A stretch of DNA of 62,318 nucleotides, counting the filler. It is 3 parts of 3 records of this genome, joined end to end, with 100 filler letters (N's around TTAATTAATTAA, not from the genome) between each part and the next. Parts side by side here need not be neighbours in the genome. Positions count along the whole stretch, not along the records: positions 1 to 27,893 come from SRR31156797_680; 2 more parts are not named here. One strand, 5' to 3'. The notes under the pieces were generated by a model. That model was not told where the DNA came from and did not search any database. It saw only the letters and a list, made by a program, of their open reading frames with translations. This document shows, one piece after another, positions 1 to 9,742 of this stretch. The first letter of the stretch is position 1. Every line of letters starts with the position of its first letter. A program made the position numbers and the translations under genes.

Positions 1-18
1 CTGACTTCACAACTTTTT

Positions 19-51
19 GTCATTGCGAGGAGCGAAGTGACACGGCAATCT
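19..51. repeat. REP-like palindromic repeat (GTCATTGCGAGG...GCAATCT type)
   Basis: GTCATTGCGAGGAGCGAAGTGACACGGCAATCT with an ATTGC/GCAAT stem. Resembles the (C)GTC-tagged REP class and lies at the contig end. Confidence 0.65.
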
Positions 52-150
52 AACCCCGATAAAACCTCTACCAAACACATAAACTTGTTAACTCTATTAG
101 CTAAATCAAATTCTTATTGATATCTGAACCCCTTCCGCTAAAATAACTTT

Positions 151-561
151 ATGAAACTTTTAGACCTTGCACCATTTGCACTTACAGGCTTTGCAGTCGC
201 TTTCATATACCTTAAACGCTCAAAAGCTAAGGTAATGAAGTTTGAGCCGAAAGAGGTTACACCAGTAGCAACACGTGACATCTTCTTCGAGCAGGATTCA
301 GCAACACTCAGACACGAGCTTATAAAGAAACTCGCTGCGATGGATATCCTTGTTCACTCTGAGGATTATGAAAGGGTTGTTTTCGAAGATAAAAAGATCG
401 GCGCATTCCATTGGGGATTCCTATATACAATAGATTTCGAAGAGAAAGGTGAAGGCACACTAGCCTCAATAGGCATTTTTGGCAAAGGTCCAAACCCGCC
501 ACGTAAAAAAACTCAGGAAGGCTACCTAAACGACTTCATAAACGACAAGGTAAAAAGTTGA
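151..561 (+). CDS. hypothetical protein with N-terminal membrane anchor
   Basis: 136-aa ORF with a hydrophobic N-terminus. Overlaps the next gene by 4 nt. Confidence 0.7.
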   Translation: MKLLDLAPFALTGFAVAFIYLKRSKAKVMKFEPKEVTPVATRDIFFEQDSATLRHELIKKLAAMDILVHSEDYERVVFEDKKIGAFHWGFLYTIDFEEKGEGTLASIGIFGKGPNPPRKKTQEGYLNDFINDKVKS

Positions 562-1541
562 AGAAAATACTCTTTCTCATCCAAAACTACACCATGCCTA
601 GTAGCCGAGTGCGTGTTTTAAACCTGCTTGAAAAAATACAGACAAAAGGGTATGAGGTTACTTGCGTAAAATATCCGAAAAAAATGGCTGACAAGATGCT
701 ACTTTTCAAAACTATTGGGCATTTCGACATAGTATATCTGCAAAAGAAACTCCCCTCTCCTATCGAGTCATATATGCTGGCAAAACTCTCAAAAAAGCTG
801 GTCTTCGATTTTGATGATGCAATTTTTATGAAACACGAGCGCTATAAAAAACAGTCCGCATTCGGCACAAGGCTGAAATTTAAGCAGATAATTAAGTCGT
901 GCGATGCTGTCGTTGTCGGCAACAACATTCTAGCTGACTACATAAAGGATTTAGCTGATAATATACACATCATCCCTTCCGTGCTTGAAACTGAGAACAT
1001 GCCGCAAAAGGACTACGGAGAAAATCCAGATAAGTTCACCGTCGGTTGGGTTGGCGGTAATGTTAACCTTACTCAGCTTGAGATGCTTTCAGATGTATTT
1101 GATAGACTTGCAGAAAATATCCCTCTTCAAGTTAATGTGATAAGCGGCGAAGTGCCAAATCTTAATAATAAATATATGAACTTTATAGAGTGGGATATCA
1201 ACACTCAGGATATAGAAATTGCTAAATTCGACGTGGGGGTAATGCCTCTCCCTGATAGCTCATACGCCAGAGGCAAATGTGCATACAAGGCGATACAGTA
1301 CATGGCTTGTGGTGTCGTGCCTGTGGTTTCAGATGTTGGTGTTAACGCAGAAGTTGTTCAGGATGGTGTCTCAGGGCTTGTGGCGAAAGATTTCGATGAT
1401 TTTTACGATAAAATAATGCATATATACGATAATAGAGACAAGGCAAAACAGATTGGCGCAAAAGCCTCAAAGCGAGCAAAAGAACATTTTTCGATAGATA
1501 GCGCAGTGGACAAGCTCCACCAACTATTCCGCACGATATAA
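558..1541 (+). CDS. glycosyltransferase family 4 (GT-B)
   Basis: VFDFDDA, VGWVG and GKCAYKAIQYMACGVVPVVSDVG motifs typical of GT4. Confidence 0.9.
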   Translation: MKKILFLIQNYTMPSSRVRVLNLLEKIQTKGYEVTCVKYPKKMADKMLLFKTIGHFDIVYLQKKLPSPIESYMLAKLSKKLVFDFDDAIFMKHERYKKQSAFGTRLKFKQIIKSCDAVVVGNNILADYIKDLADNIHIIPSVLETENMPQKDYGENPDKFTVGWVGGNVNLTQLEMLSDVFDRLAENIPLQVNVISGEVPNLNNKYMNFIEWDINTQDIEIAKFDVGVMPLPDSSYARGKCAYKAIQYMACGVVPVVSDVGVNAEVVQDGVSGLVAKDFDDFYDKIMHIYDNRDKAKQIGAKASKRAKEHFSIDSAVDKLHQLFRTI

Positions 1542-1566
1542 AAAAAGGGGGCTTTTACACCCCCAC
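1539..1566 (-). terminator. intrinsic terminator of the lipoprotein gene
   Basis: Minus strand reads GGGGG-TGTAAAAG-CCCCC-TTTTTTT just after the stop at 1573. Confidence 0.7.
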
Positions 1567-1572
1567 TACAAT

Positions 1573-2601
1573 CTATTCTGTAAAGCTAAAGCTTATCCCA
1601 GGGAAAACCGGGCTCCACTCTGAACCAGCGGCACAAGCTTCGTTAGGCTGTGTCGCCACGCAAGGTTCAAACTTTCCGTTGTTGTTAAAATCTTCGTAGA
1701 ACCATGTGTCAGACAGGTCGAATGTCATGGTAAAAGTTCCGCCATCGCCATCAACTGTAATGTTTGATCCGAAAGTAGAATTTTGTATAAAAATGTCCTG
1801 ACCTGAGCCTTGCATATATGCTGTTGCATTCCATAGATCATCATTCCCGTAAAGTCCTCTGTCGTGCCCAGTTTCAGGGTCATCAGATGCCGAACCACCT
1901 ATATCAGCAGGTCTTACGAAATCAAGTAATCCAGCTGTCCAGAGACCACCAGCAGGAACAAATCCAAAAGTACCACTGCCGTCGTCAAGCTTTACGTCAC
2001 CTTGATGATTACCAACGTTACCTTCGCTAGCGAAATCATCATCTGACAGATAAATACGAACCTTTGAGTCAGTAGTATCGTAGAGCTCCATTGTGAGATC
2101 ATAGTAGTAAAACTCAACATAAAAACCGCTGTAAGTACCTTGAGGTATTGTAGAAACATCAAGTGTCACAGGGCTTGCAAGGTCAAGAACCTCTGATGCT
2201 GAAAGCGTGCCTGTATCTGCTATCAGATCAACCTTAGTATTATCAGACTTAACAAGTGCAAGTCTCTTTATCGCCACAGAAAAACCTGTTGGGTCCTCGT
2301 ATGCAACAACACCTCCGTCGCTGTCACAATCCATTCCAGCAACAGAGCCAGTAGTCTCATTAGATGTTGATAAACAAATAGTAAGAACTGTCGGTACAAT
2401 CGATCTTCCATCATCTATGCTACCGCTTGTCGTACCGTAATCAGCCGCAACTGTAACACTAACTGGTGCATCAGCACCTTCCACAAAAGTAGTCGTGTCC
2501 CCTGTTGTTGGCGAAGTTGAGCTTCCTCCGCCTCCTCCACATGCTGCCAGCATAGAAACTAACCCTACACTAAGCAAAAGAGTTTTCATAAATCTCATCA
2601 C
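1573..2601 (-). CDS. uncharacterised lipoprotein, acidic and Asp/Gly-rich
   Basis: Lipobox LAAC followed by a GGGGGSS linker. DxDxDG/DxNxNG-like loops are present. Confidence 0.75.
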   Translation of the reverse strand: MMRFMKTLLLSVGLVSMLAACGGGGGSSTSPTTGDTTTFVEGADAPVSVTVAADYGTTSGSIDDGRSIVPTVLTICLSTSNETTGSVAGMDCDSDGGVVAYEDPTGFSVAIKRLALVKSDNTKVDLIADTGTLSASEVLDLASPVTLDVSTIPQGTYSGFYVEFYYYDLTMELYDTTDSKVRIYLSDDDFASEGNVGNHQGDVKLDDGSGTFGFVPAGGLWTAGLLDFVRPADIGGSASDDPETGHDRGLYGNDDLWNATAYMQGSGQDIFIQNSTFGSNITVDGDGGTFTMTFDLSDTWFYEDFNNNGKFEPCVATQPNEACAAGSEWSPVFPGISFSFTE

Positions 2602-2627
2602 ACACCCTCCACACTATTTAAAAACAA

Positions 2628-3749
2628 TTACTCTATTTCAATCCCCTTCTCTCTTCGAAGAGTTTCGATCTTATCCAGAGGCTTTTCAAGCATATTGCGC
2701 CTTGTAGACGTTAGCTCGTCGTAAGCTTTCTGCGCTTCATCCAGCTTCTTGCCCATAGTCTCAAACTTAGCCGTAAACATTTCCCACTGCTTATGAAATT
2801 TACCGAAAAGAGCGAGCATCTCGCCAGATGTACTCTCAAAAGCAAAGTTTTCCACTGACTGGCGCACCACCGCAAGTACAGCAAAAAGTGAAAGCGGTGA
2901 AGTTAGTATCACGCCCGCCTCCATAGCAACATCCATTATCTGCGGATCCTTCTCATATATAAATTCATAGACAGACTCGTTCGGGATAAACAGAAGCATA
3001 ACGTCCAAAGTTTGCTCCTGCTGGTCGATATAGCCTCTAGTTTTCACATCTTTTATCTTCTGACGGACATCACGAATGAAATTTTTAACATGAATTTCAC
3101 CTGACTCTTCGCAGTATTTCAGATAGCTATCGAGTGGAAATTTCACGTCCATATTCACGCAGAAACCTTTCGGCAGATAAAATGTAAAATCCGGTCTGCT
3201 TCCGTTTTTCATAGTCTTCTGTGTGTCGTAGTTAACGCTCTCTTTCATACCGGTGGCGCGGATAATATCAAGCGCCATACGCTCTCCCCATCGCCCACGC
3301 TCGGCTGATGACGAAAGTGCGCTGTTAAGGCTTCCGGTGATCTCAGATAATCGCTCTGTCTGACTTACAGAGTTTTTGATCTGAGTTGATATCTCACTGA
3401 AACGAGCCTCACGTTCTTTCTCCATACCTGTCATAAGGTTACGAACACGTTCAAGTTCCTGATTCATATTCGTGAGCTGAAGATCTATGAGAGCCTTCTT
3501 ACCTTCAAGCTCTTTTGCGCCCTCTTTGCTTTTCGAATCTAGCTGAGTGCCTGCAAGTTTCAGAAACTCTTCGGTGTTCTGAGACAGGCTAGCCATAGAG
3601 AGTTCGGCGAACGTCCCTTTCATAGAGTTTTTAAGCTCATCAATCTCCGCCTGATTATTAGTTTTAGCCCTGTTCGCAACGAAAAAAGCCAAGCCAAAGC
3701 CTAAAAGAATACCTGATACAAAGGTTAAAATTGGGATAAATTCCTGCAT
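2628..3749 (-). CDS. rmuC: DNA recombination protein RmuC
   Basis: N-terminal TM, coiled coil, and RGRWGE, RPD, DVKFP and FIPNE motifs. Confidence 0.92.
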   Translation of the reverse strand: MQEFIPILTFVSGILLGFGLAFFVANRAKTNNQAEIDELKNSMKGTFAELSMASLSQNTEEFLKLAGTQLDSKSKEGAKELEGKKALIDLQLTNMNQELERVRNLMTGMEKEREARFSEISTQIKNSVSQTERLSEITGSLNSALSSSAERGRWGERMALDIIRATGMKESVNYDTQKTMKNGSRPDFTFYLPKGFCVNMDVKFPLDSYLKYCEESGEIHVKNFIRDVRQKIKDVKTRGYIDQQEQTLDVMLLFIPNESVYEFIYEKDPQIMDVAMEAGVILTSPLSLFAVLAVVRQSVENFAFESTSGEMLALFGKFHKQWEMFTAKFETMGKKLDEAQKAYDELTSTRRNMLEKPLDKIETLRREKGIEIE

Positions 3750-3850
3750 GACAACTCACTTTTAATTGTTATACTTATTTTTACCATATATAGGTGTGAC
3801 AGTCACTAATTCTCTGCTAGAATTGACATATATAATATAAGGAGATTGCT

Positions 3851-4453
3851 TTGCTTTTTGAATATTCTTTCTTATACATTAATATCTTTTCATTGGTTTT
3901 AGGCGTATGCCTAAGCTGGTATTTCGGTGGGGTGGATTTCGCTCTGCACCCGGACAAGCTCATTGCGAGCGCTGTCAGCTATTGTGAAAAAGCGATGTTT
4001 AGAAAGGGTGACTATAAGGAAGGGCTGAGTGCTCTTTTTGCTGTGCTTTCCGTAATCTTCCTCATTACTGCTATGCTCCTCTATTTTACATATAACGCAG
4101 GCTGTTTTTGGCATTTTACACTTTCAACACTTATTATTTATCTCACAATAGACAAGCGCTTCTCAGCTTGGGATGAGTATAAAAGCTATCCATCACAATA
4201 TCTTAGCTATGCTATACCAGTCATTATATACTCAGTTATTCTCGGCCCGGCAGGTGCAATGCTCTACAGAGTTTTCCCGATGATGACTCGAATGATACCT
4301 ACTGATAATGAAAGATTTGCTCAGTTCGGCAGACCTGCAGAACAGGGCTATAACATCCTCAGAGATGCAGCAAACCTCGCTATTCCGATTATACTCTGGT
4401 TTTTTGAAACGTTTAAAAAGATAGTCGCTTTCCTTAAATCATTCCGTCCTTAA
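3851..4453 (+). CDS. shortened, divergent CbiB/CobD-like membrane protein
   Basis: HPDKLIASAVSYCEK and GPAGAMLYR...NERFAQFG resemble CbiB segments. Only 200 aa. AGGAG RBS before a TTG start. Confidence 0.55.
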   Translation: MLFEYSFLYINIFSLVLGVCLSWYFGGVDFALHPDKLIASAVSYCEKAMFRKGDYKEGLSALFAVLSVIFLITAMLLYFTYNAGCFWHFTLSTLIIYLTIDKRFSAWDEYKSYPSQYLSYAIPVIIYSVILGPAGAMLYRVFPMMTRMIPTDNERFAQFGRPAEQGYNILRDAANLAIPIILWFFETFKKIVAFLKSFRP

Positions 4454-5412
4454 TGCTCTGGAACGCAGATGTTACCCTTCAAAGCATTTTTCAGTGAATA
4501 AAAAAGTACATGAGCCACAACCAGCGTCGCCGCTATCAGAAAAAAAGCACCTAAATACTTATAAAAAACATTTCCTGTAAGCTTATACATAACCAAAGTT
4601 GCTATAGCTATCGCATCCATAGGGAAGGTGTACGCCCACCATGAGACGAAATACGGCACAGAATAAAAACGCCTGAACATAGTGAAAAGCATTATTGTTG
4701 TAAAGAGTGCAAAGAAGTAAAGTACCCTGCTGAAAGGGTCTAGTGAACCTGTCAGCTTGAAATAAGCGATAAAGCCAACCGCTGGCGGCGCTATGAATAT
4801 AAACTTCGTAGGGAGAAGCTTAGCTGGGAGCTGTTCGTGGAAAACCAGTCTGTATTTAATTATCGCATAAAGGATAGGCCACAAAACCAGACCTATGCTG
4901 AAAAAGAACCATAAAATATCATCGTGCAGGATACCCTTGCCGGCAACAGGGACAAGTATCGTTCCAACCACAGGGATAAACCATGCAGGGTTAGTTGTCT
5001 GAAGTTTAAAGTCTTTATAAAACCATATGCGTATGATGATATAAGTAAAAACGATCTGTAAAATAGCACCGCTATAGCATAATACCTCACCGAGCAGTGG
5101 TTGATAAGGGTGAATACCTGTCGAAAGCAGGAGCATAGAGATGGATATCGCAGGGAAGAAATTTATCCTTATCGGGTGATTAAACTCAGCCTTCACCTCT
5201 GATGGGTATTTAATAAGTTTAAGCAGATAGACTGCGCTTATGAAACAGAACCATACAAGCACCAAGTAAGTTATATATTTCCCAACACCAAGATTGCTGT
5301 GAGTCAGGTGGTCATATCTGTCAAAAGCGACACCCAAGCCGGTGGTTCCCATAACAGTGGCAAACATCATTATAGGGAAATACTTCAACCTGTTCATGCT
5401 GTTTTCTTCCAT
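4450..5412 (-). CDS. SLAC1/TehA (TDT family) anion channel
   Basis: FATVMG, EFNHP, NPAWFIPVVG and SWWAYTFP motifs, about 10 TMs. Confidence 0.92.
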   Translation of the reverse strand: MEENSMNRLKYFPIMMFATVMGTTGLGVAFDRYDHLTHSNLGVGKYITYLVLVWFCFISAVYLLKLIKYPSEVKAEFNHPIRINFFPAISISMLLLSTGIHPYQPLLGEVLCYSGAILQIVFTYIIIRIWFYKDFKLQTTNPAWFIPVVGTILVPVAGKGILHDDILWFFFSIGLVLWPILYAIIKYRLVFHEQLPAKLLPTKFIFIAPPAVGFIAYFKLTGSLDPFSRVLYFFALFTTIMLFTMFRRFYSVPYFVSWWAYTFPMDAIAIATLVMYKLTGNVFYKYLGAFFLIAATLVVAHVLFYSLKNALKGNICVPEH

Positions 5413-5505
5413 ATTTTCACCTCAAATTAATTATAGTTCACATTCCATAACCTCGCATCATAAATAAAAATATTGTGAAAAATAATTCTAATGGTAAAAT
5501 AAAAT

Positions 5506-6054
5506 ATGAAGGTTTTATATATGCCGGGGCTGGCATCAATAACAGATAAAGATTTTGACATCGACAACAGCTGTAAGTTTCAGCATCTAACTGAAATTTC
5601 TGACTGTACTGTTTTCGACTACAAGAAATATCGCCCTGCCGATATCCTTAAATACGTCGCTAATTTCGATGTGCTTTTCGGGTCATCTTTCGGCGGATAC
5701 TTCGCCTTCTACCTTGGGCTTATCACAGGGAAGCCTTCCATTGTGGTCAACCCTTCCCTTTATCTCGATGAGCGCATCAACGATCTCATTATTGAGCACC
5801 CTAGAGATTTATCTTTTATCAACCCTGTTGAACTTAAAGCTCTAAAGAGAGAGGCTGTCGGTGAGTCAGCTTCTAATGTACACGTACTGATGAACACTGA
5901 TGACGAAATCTTAGACGCCGGACGCATCATCGCAATAGCTGAGAAATTTCAATCAAATGTGTACTCTTTCGATAAGGGCGGACATCAAAGTGTTAACTTT
6001 CAGGGTGACATGCTTCCAACTGTGAAAATGATCTTCAGCAACATCAAACTGTAA
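5506..6054 (+). CDS. YqiA/YcfP-like alpha/beta hydrolase
   Basis: GSSFGG nucleophile elbow, NPS, DDEIL and GGH. Confidence 0.8.
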   Translation: MKVLYMPGLASITDKDFDIDNSCKFQHLTEISDCTVFDYKKYRPADILKYVANFDVLFGSSFGGYFAFYLGLITGKPSIVVNPSLYLDERINDLIIEHPRDLSFINPVELKALKREAVGESASNVHVLMNTDDEILDAGRIIAIAEKFQSNVYSFDKGGHQSVNFQGDMLPTVKMIFSNIKL

Positions 6055-6096
6055 CATATTCCTTACTTTCTACATTCGCATATGGTACTATGAGCT

Positions 6097-7002
6097 ATGG
6101 GAAATATGGCATTATTGATAGTTTGTTTTATTGCGGGCTTCATATCAAGAAAGACAGGCAGACTGCCGGAATCAACCCCAGCGGTTTTGAATGCTTTCAT
6201 AATAAATTTATCACTTCCGGCTCTCGCATTTCTTTTTATGCACGAGATGCCTTTCAGCACTAAACTTATATATCCGGTGATAATGCCCTGGATATGCTTT
6301 TCCGTCGCTATAGTTTTCTTTAAAATCCTACAGAGGATACTTAAACTTTCAAACGGGACGACAGGATGTCTCATACTTACCGCAGGGCTTGGCAACACAT
6401 CTTTTGTCGGTCTGCCGATGATCTCAGCTTTTTACGGAGCTGAATATGTTGGTATAGGAGTGCTTTGTGACCAGCCGGGGAGTTTTCTAGTGCTCTCGAC
6501 ACTCGGCATTATGATAGCATCCACACACTCGGCATCGTCTGTTTCCATGGGCGGTGTGCTGAAAAAGATCGTAACTTTCCCACCTTTTCAGGCGGTTATC
6601 CTCGGACTGGCGTTCAGATTTGTGCCTATTCCTGAGTGGAGTATCGGCATGATGAAGGGGTTGGGCGCAACCATCACACCTCTCGCTATGGTGTCTGTCG
6701 GCTACCAGCTAAGATTTGTGATGTCGGAAAAGCTTATAGCGAAGCTGACTTCTGGACTTATATTTAAATTAATACTGGCTCCTTCACTGATATACTTTAT
6801 TTACGTGACAGTTCTTCAAGCATCAGGGATGGAGATTCAGGTGACTATATTTGAGGCGGCTATGGGACCTATGATCACTGCCGGCATAATCGCTATGCAG
6901 TACGATCTTGATAACAAGCTTGCTACAATGATGCTTGGAGTTGGGATTCCGATTTCTTTTATTACACTGCCGATATGGCATTATTTCCTTTCAGGAGTTT
7001 AA
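6097..7002 (+). CDS. AEC (auxin efflux carrier) family transporter
   Basis: NLSLPAL, GNTSFVGLP, PLAMVSVG and EAAMGP motifs. Confidence 0.9.
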   Translation: MGNMALLIVCFIAGFISRKTGRLPESTPAVLNAFIINLSLPALAFLFMHEMPFSTKLIYPVIMPWICFSVAIVFFKILQRILKLSNGTTGCLILTAGLGNTSFVGLPMISAFYGAEYVGIGVLCDQPGSFLVLSTLGIMIASTHSASSVSMGGVLKKIVTFPPFQAVILGLAFRFVPIPEWSIGMMKGLGATITPLAMVSVGYQLRFVMSEKLIAKLTSGLIFKLILAPSLIYFIYVTVLQASGMEIQVTIFEAAMGPMITAGIIAMQYDLDNKLATMMLGVGIPISFITLPIWHYFLSGV

Positions 7003-7008
7003 AATTTA

Positions 7009-7695
7009 ATGATTGAGCTGCACAAAGTTGAAGTTGTTTATGAGGATGGAAACAAAGGGCTTAGATCCATCGATCTACACATAAATCAGAGCGAACTTGT
7101 TTACATAACAGGGAGCAGTGGTGCTGGAAAAACCAGCCTGCTCAGACTGTTATATGGAGACCTTGAACCATCCAGAGGTATCGTCAAGCTGGAAAACAAA
7201 AATATAAGTCAGTTGAAAGATAAAAGTATATCGTACCTCAGAAGGGACATCGGCATCGTCTTTCAGGACTTTAAACTGTTAGAAGACATGACAGTTTACG
7301 AAAACCTTATGCTCCCGCTTGAGATTTTCTACCTCCCACCGAAACTCATACAGGATAAAGTGTACTCGTTGCTTAAAATGCTCGATATCTTTACTCATAG
7401 AGATTACAAAGTAAAAAAACTTTCCGGCGGTGAGAAGCAAAGGGTTGCAATAGCAAGAGCGATAATTAACGACCCTATCCTTGTCCTCGCCGATGAACCG
7501 ACAGGAAACCTTGACGCAAAAAATGCTGATAAGGTTATGGATATGCTTCTTAATAAAACGAATAAGGGGACAACAACCCTCATAGCCACACACGACCAGC
7601 GTATAATCAAAGAGTATCCGGGCAGGATCATAAACCTTGATGATGGGAAGCTGGCATATGACAGTGCCGGTGGAAGGAAGCTTGATAATGGATAA
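7009..7695 (+). CDS. ftsE: cell division ATP-binding protein FtsE
   Basis: GSSGAGKT, VFQDFKLL, LSGGEKQR and ADEPTGNLD. Lies upstream of ftsX. Confidence 0.93.
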   Translation: MIELHKVEVVYEDGNKGLRSIDLHINQSELVYITGSSGAGKTSLLRLLYGDLEPSRGIVKLENKNISQLKDKSISYLRRDIGIVFQDFKLLEDMTVYENLMLPLEIFYLPPKLIQDKVYSLLKMLDIFTHRDYKVKKLSGGEKQRVAIARAIINDPILVLADEPTGNLDAKNADKVMDMLLNKTNKGTTTLIATHDQRIIKEYPGRIINLDDGKLAYDSAGGRKLDNG

Positions 7696-8575
7696 AATAT
7701 CTTACGCCATTAAAAAAGGCTTCCAACTCTTTTTCGAACATATGAGAACAGGGTTGCTCTCCACATTAACCATAGCGACCCTTCTATTCTTCTATCTCGC
7801 TGTATTCTCTGTAAACTACTCTGCATCAAAGGCTATTGATAGCCTTACAGATATAAAGACAATCAGGATTTTTCTTGAGGAGGGCGTTGATAAAGAGAGC
7901 ATGATCAAACGGCTCTCAGAGCTTCAGATGCCTGCATCATTTAAATATTTTAATAAAAGTGAGGCGAAAGAGCGGGTTTTAAGACTTGTTCCGGGAGCTA
8001 AGAATATTGAAAAACTCCCGGTTGACCTCTTCCCAACTTTTGTTGAGATGAAGTTCGCAGAGTACGCTTCTGCTGACGCTTTGATAATAGAAACAGCGAA
8101 TAATATCAAAAACATAGGCGGTGTCAGAACTGTTGAATACGGTAAAAACGTCAGCGACAAGCTTGTTAAAGTAAAATACACGTCTAATATATTTCTCGCA
8201 TTTATAACTCTTATAACGGGCTTTTCTGCATCTATAATTATATTTAATACTATAAGGTTAAACCTTTACAGGCAAAAAAGAAAAATAGCCATATATAAAC
8301 TTGTCGGCGGAACGAAGATGTTCATAACAGCGCCGTACCTTTTCGCATCGATACTGGAGTCAAGCTTAGCATTTTTACTCGCAGCGGTAGGTAATTACCT
8401 CTTCATACTTGGCGTGACATATTACCTGTTACAAAATTCATATTTTGTGCTTTTTACTCCACCCGCTCTCTTTTACATCATCTTATATGTACTACTGATA
8501 TTTACTGCGGTTTCGTCCGCATATATATGTGTTACAACTTTTATAAAAAGGCTTAAAAGTGTAAATGAAGCTTAG
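7688..8575 (+). CDS. ftsX: cell division permease FtsX
   Basis: 4-TM layout with IIFNTIRL and KLVGG..FI..P. ATG at 7688 overlaps the ftsE end. Confidence 0.88.
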   Translation: MDKISYAIKKGFQLFFEHMRTGLLSTLTIATLLFFYLAVFSVNYSASKAIDSLTDIKTIRIFLEEGVDKESMIKRLSELQMPASFKYFNKSEAKERVLRLVPGAKNIEKLPVDLFPTFVEMKFAEYASADALIIETANNIKNIGGVRTVEYGKNVSDKLVKVKYTSNIFLAFITLITGFSASIIIFNTIRLNLYRQKRKIAIYKLVGGTKMFITAPYLFASILESSLAFLLAAVGNYLFILGVTYYLLQNSYFVLFTPPALFYIILYVLLIFTAVSSAYICVTTFIKRLKSVNEA

Positions 8576-9725
8576 AATAATACTATCACTGATCTTTTTA
8601 TGCTCGACCTCTTTCGCCGGAAGTATTTCCGACGAGATGGTCAGATCTGATGCTTACCTGACAAAGATTAAAACTCTTATAGAAGAAGAGAGTAAGGTCA
8701 TCAACGATATCAAAGATAAGAAGAAGATCGCTGCGAAAAATCTTAAAAAAGCTGAGCTCGAACTCAGATATCACAAACAATTATCTCATAAGCTTGAGAA
8801 AAAATTACGAAAACTCAAAACTCAAATCAATGAAATCAAATTTAAAAAAACCAGCCACGAAAGTCGTGAGAAAGTGCTCATAAACGATATAAGATCTGCT
8901 AACTACTATCTGGCAGGAGCTGGAGAGACAGACCTCTTAGAAGGGCTGATCCTCGCAAATGAACTTACTGAACTTACTGCGTCTATGCAGATCATAGCAA
9001 GGGTGAACCATAACCTTTTTACAAAAGCAGAAGAGCTGCATAACATTCAGGCTGAGCTTTCTGAAACAGAGGGGAAACTCAAAGAGAAAGAGAGTGAACT
9101 TAAGCTCTCTATTAGCGAAAAGAGTAATACTGTAAATGAGTTTAATAAGAAAAGAATGCTTGTAAAGCAGCTTTATAAAATCGCTGAAGAGGATGAAAAT
9201 ATTAAAAAAGAGTTTGTCGCCATGCTAAGCGAGAAGCAGACTCAGCTGGAAAAGAAACTAAAGAGCCTCAAACTTCAGATAAAATTAAAAAACTCTGAAA
9301 AACGTTTTAACGGGCTTAAAAAGCAGTTTCAGCATATGAAAGGGAAACTCGATTGGCCTATACAGGGTGACATAATTGAAAAATTCGGAACAAAGAAGAT
9401 AAAGGGTTTCAGAGGTGTAGTGCATAAAAAAGGTATCAAAATAGCTCCTAAAGAAGCCCTTGTTGCGAGTATATATGACGGAGTGGTAATTCACACCGAC
9501 ACTTCGTGGGGGCTTGGATGGTTTGCGATAGTAGAACATTCCGGCGGATATTACTCACTTTATGCCAATCTTGACGAAATAAAAGTGAGAAATAAACAGA
9601 AAGTCCATACTGGAGAGATTTTAGGCACAATAGATATTGACCATCAGGCAAATACGCCTTATCTTTATTTTGAAATTCGCATTCACGACAAAGCTGTTGA
9701 CCCAATCAAATGGCTTACGTCATAA
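8565..9725 (+). CDS. envC: murein hydrolase activator EnvC (coiled coil plus degenerate M23)
   Basis: Signal peptide, long coiled coil, KGKLDWP, and a LytM domain with YLYFEIR in place of HLHFE. Follows ftsEX. Confidence 0.85.
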   Translation: MKLRIILSLIFLCSTSFAGSISDEMVRSDAYLTKIKTLIEEESKVINDIKDKKKIAAKNLKKAELELRYHKQLSHKLEKKLRKLKTQINEIKFKKTSHESREKVLINDIRSANYYLAGAGETDLLEGLILANELTELTASMQIIARVNHNLFTKAEELHNIQAELSETEGKLKEKESELKLSISEKSNTVNEFNKKRMLVKQLYKIAEEDENIKKEFVAMLSEKQTQLEKKLKSLKLQIKLKNSEKRFNGLKKQFQHMKGKLDWPIQGDIIEKFGTKKIKGFRGVVHKKGIKIAPKEALVASIYDGVVIHTDTSWGLGWFAIVEHSGGYYSLYANLDEIKVRNKQKVHTGEILGTIDIDHQANTPYLYFEIRIHDKAVDPIKWLTS

Positions 9726-9742
9726 TTATACAGGAGCATTAA

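Noticed and set aside
5473..5490. TTGTGAA half-site resembling a Rex operator
   Set aside because: The second half-site does not match. It is better explained as a -35 box.
8565..9725. M23 domain lacking Zn ligands as a novel pseudoenzyme
   Set aside because: This is the normal state of EnvC.
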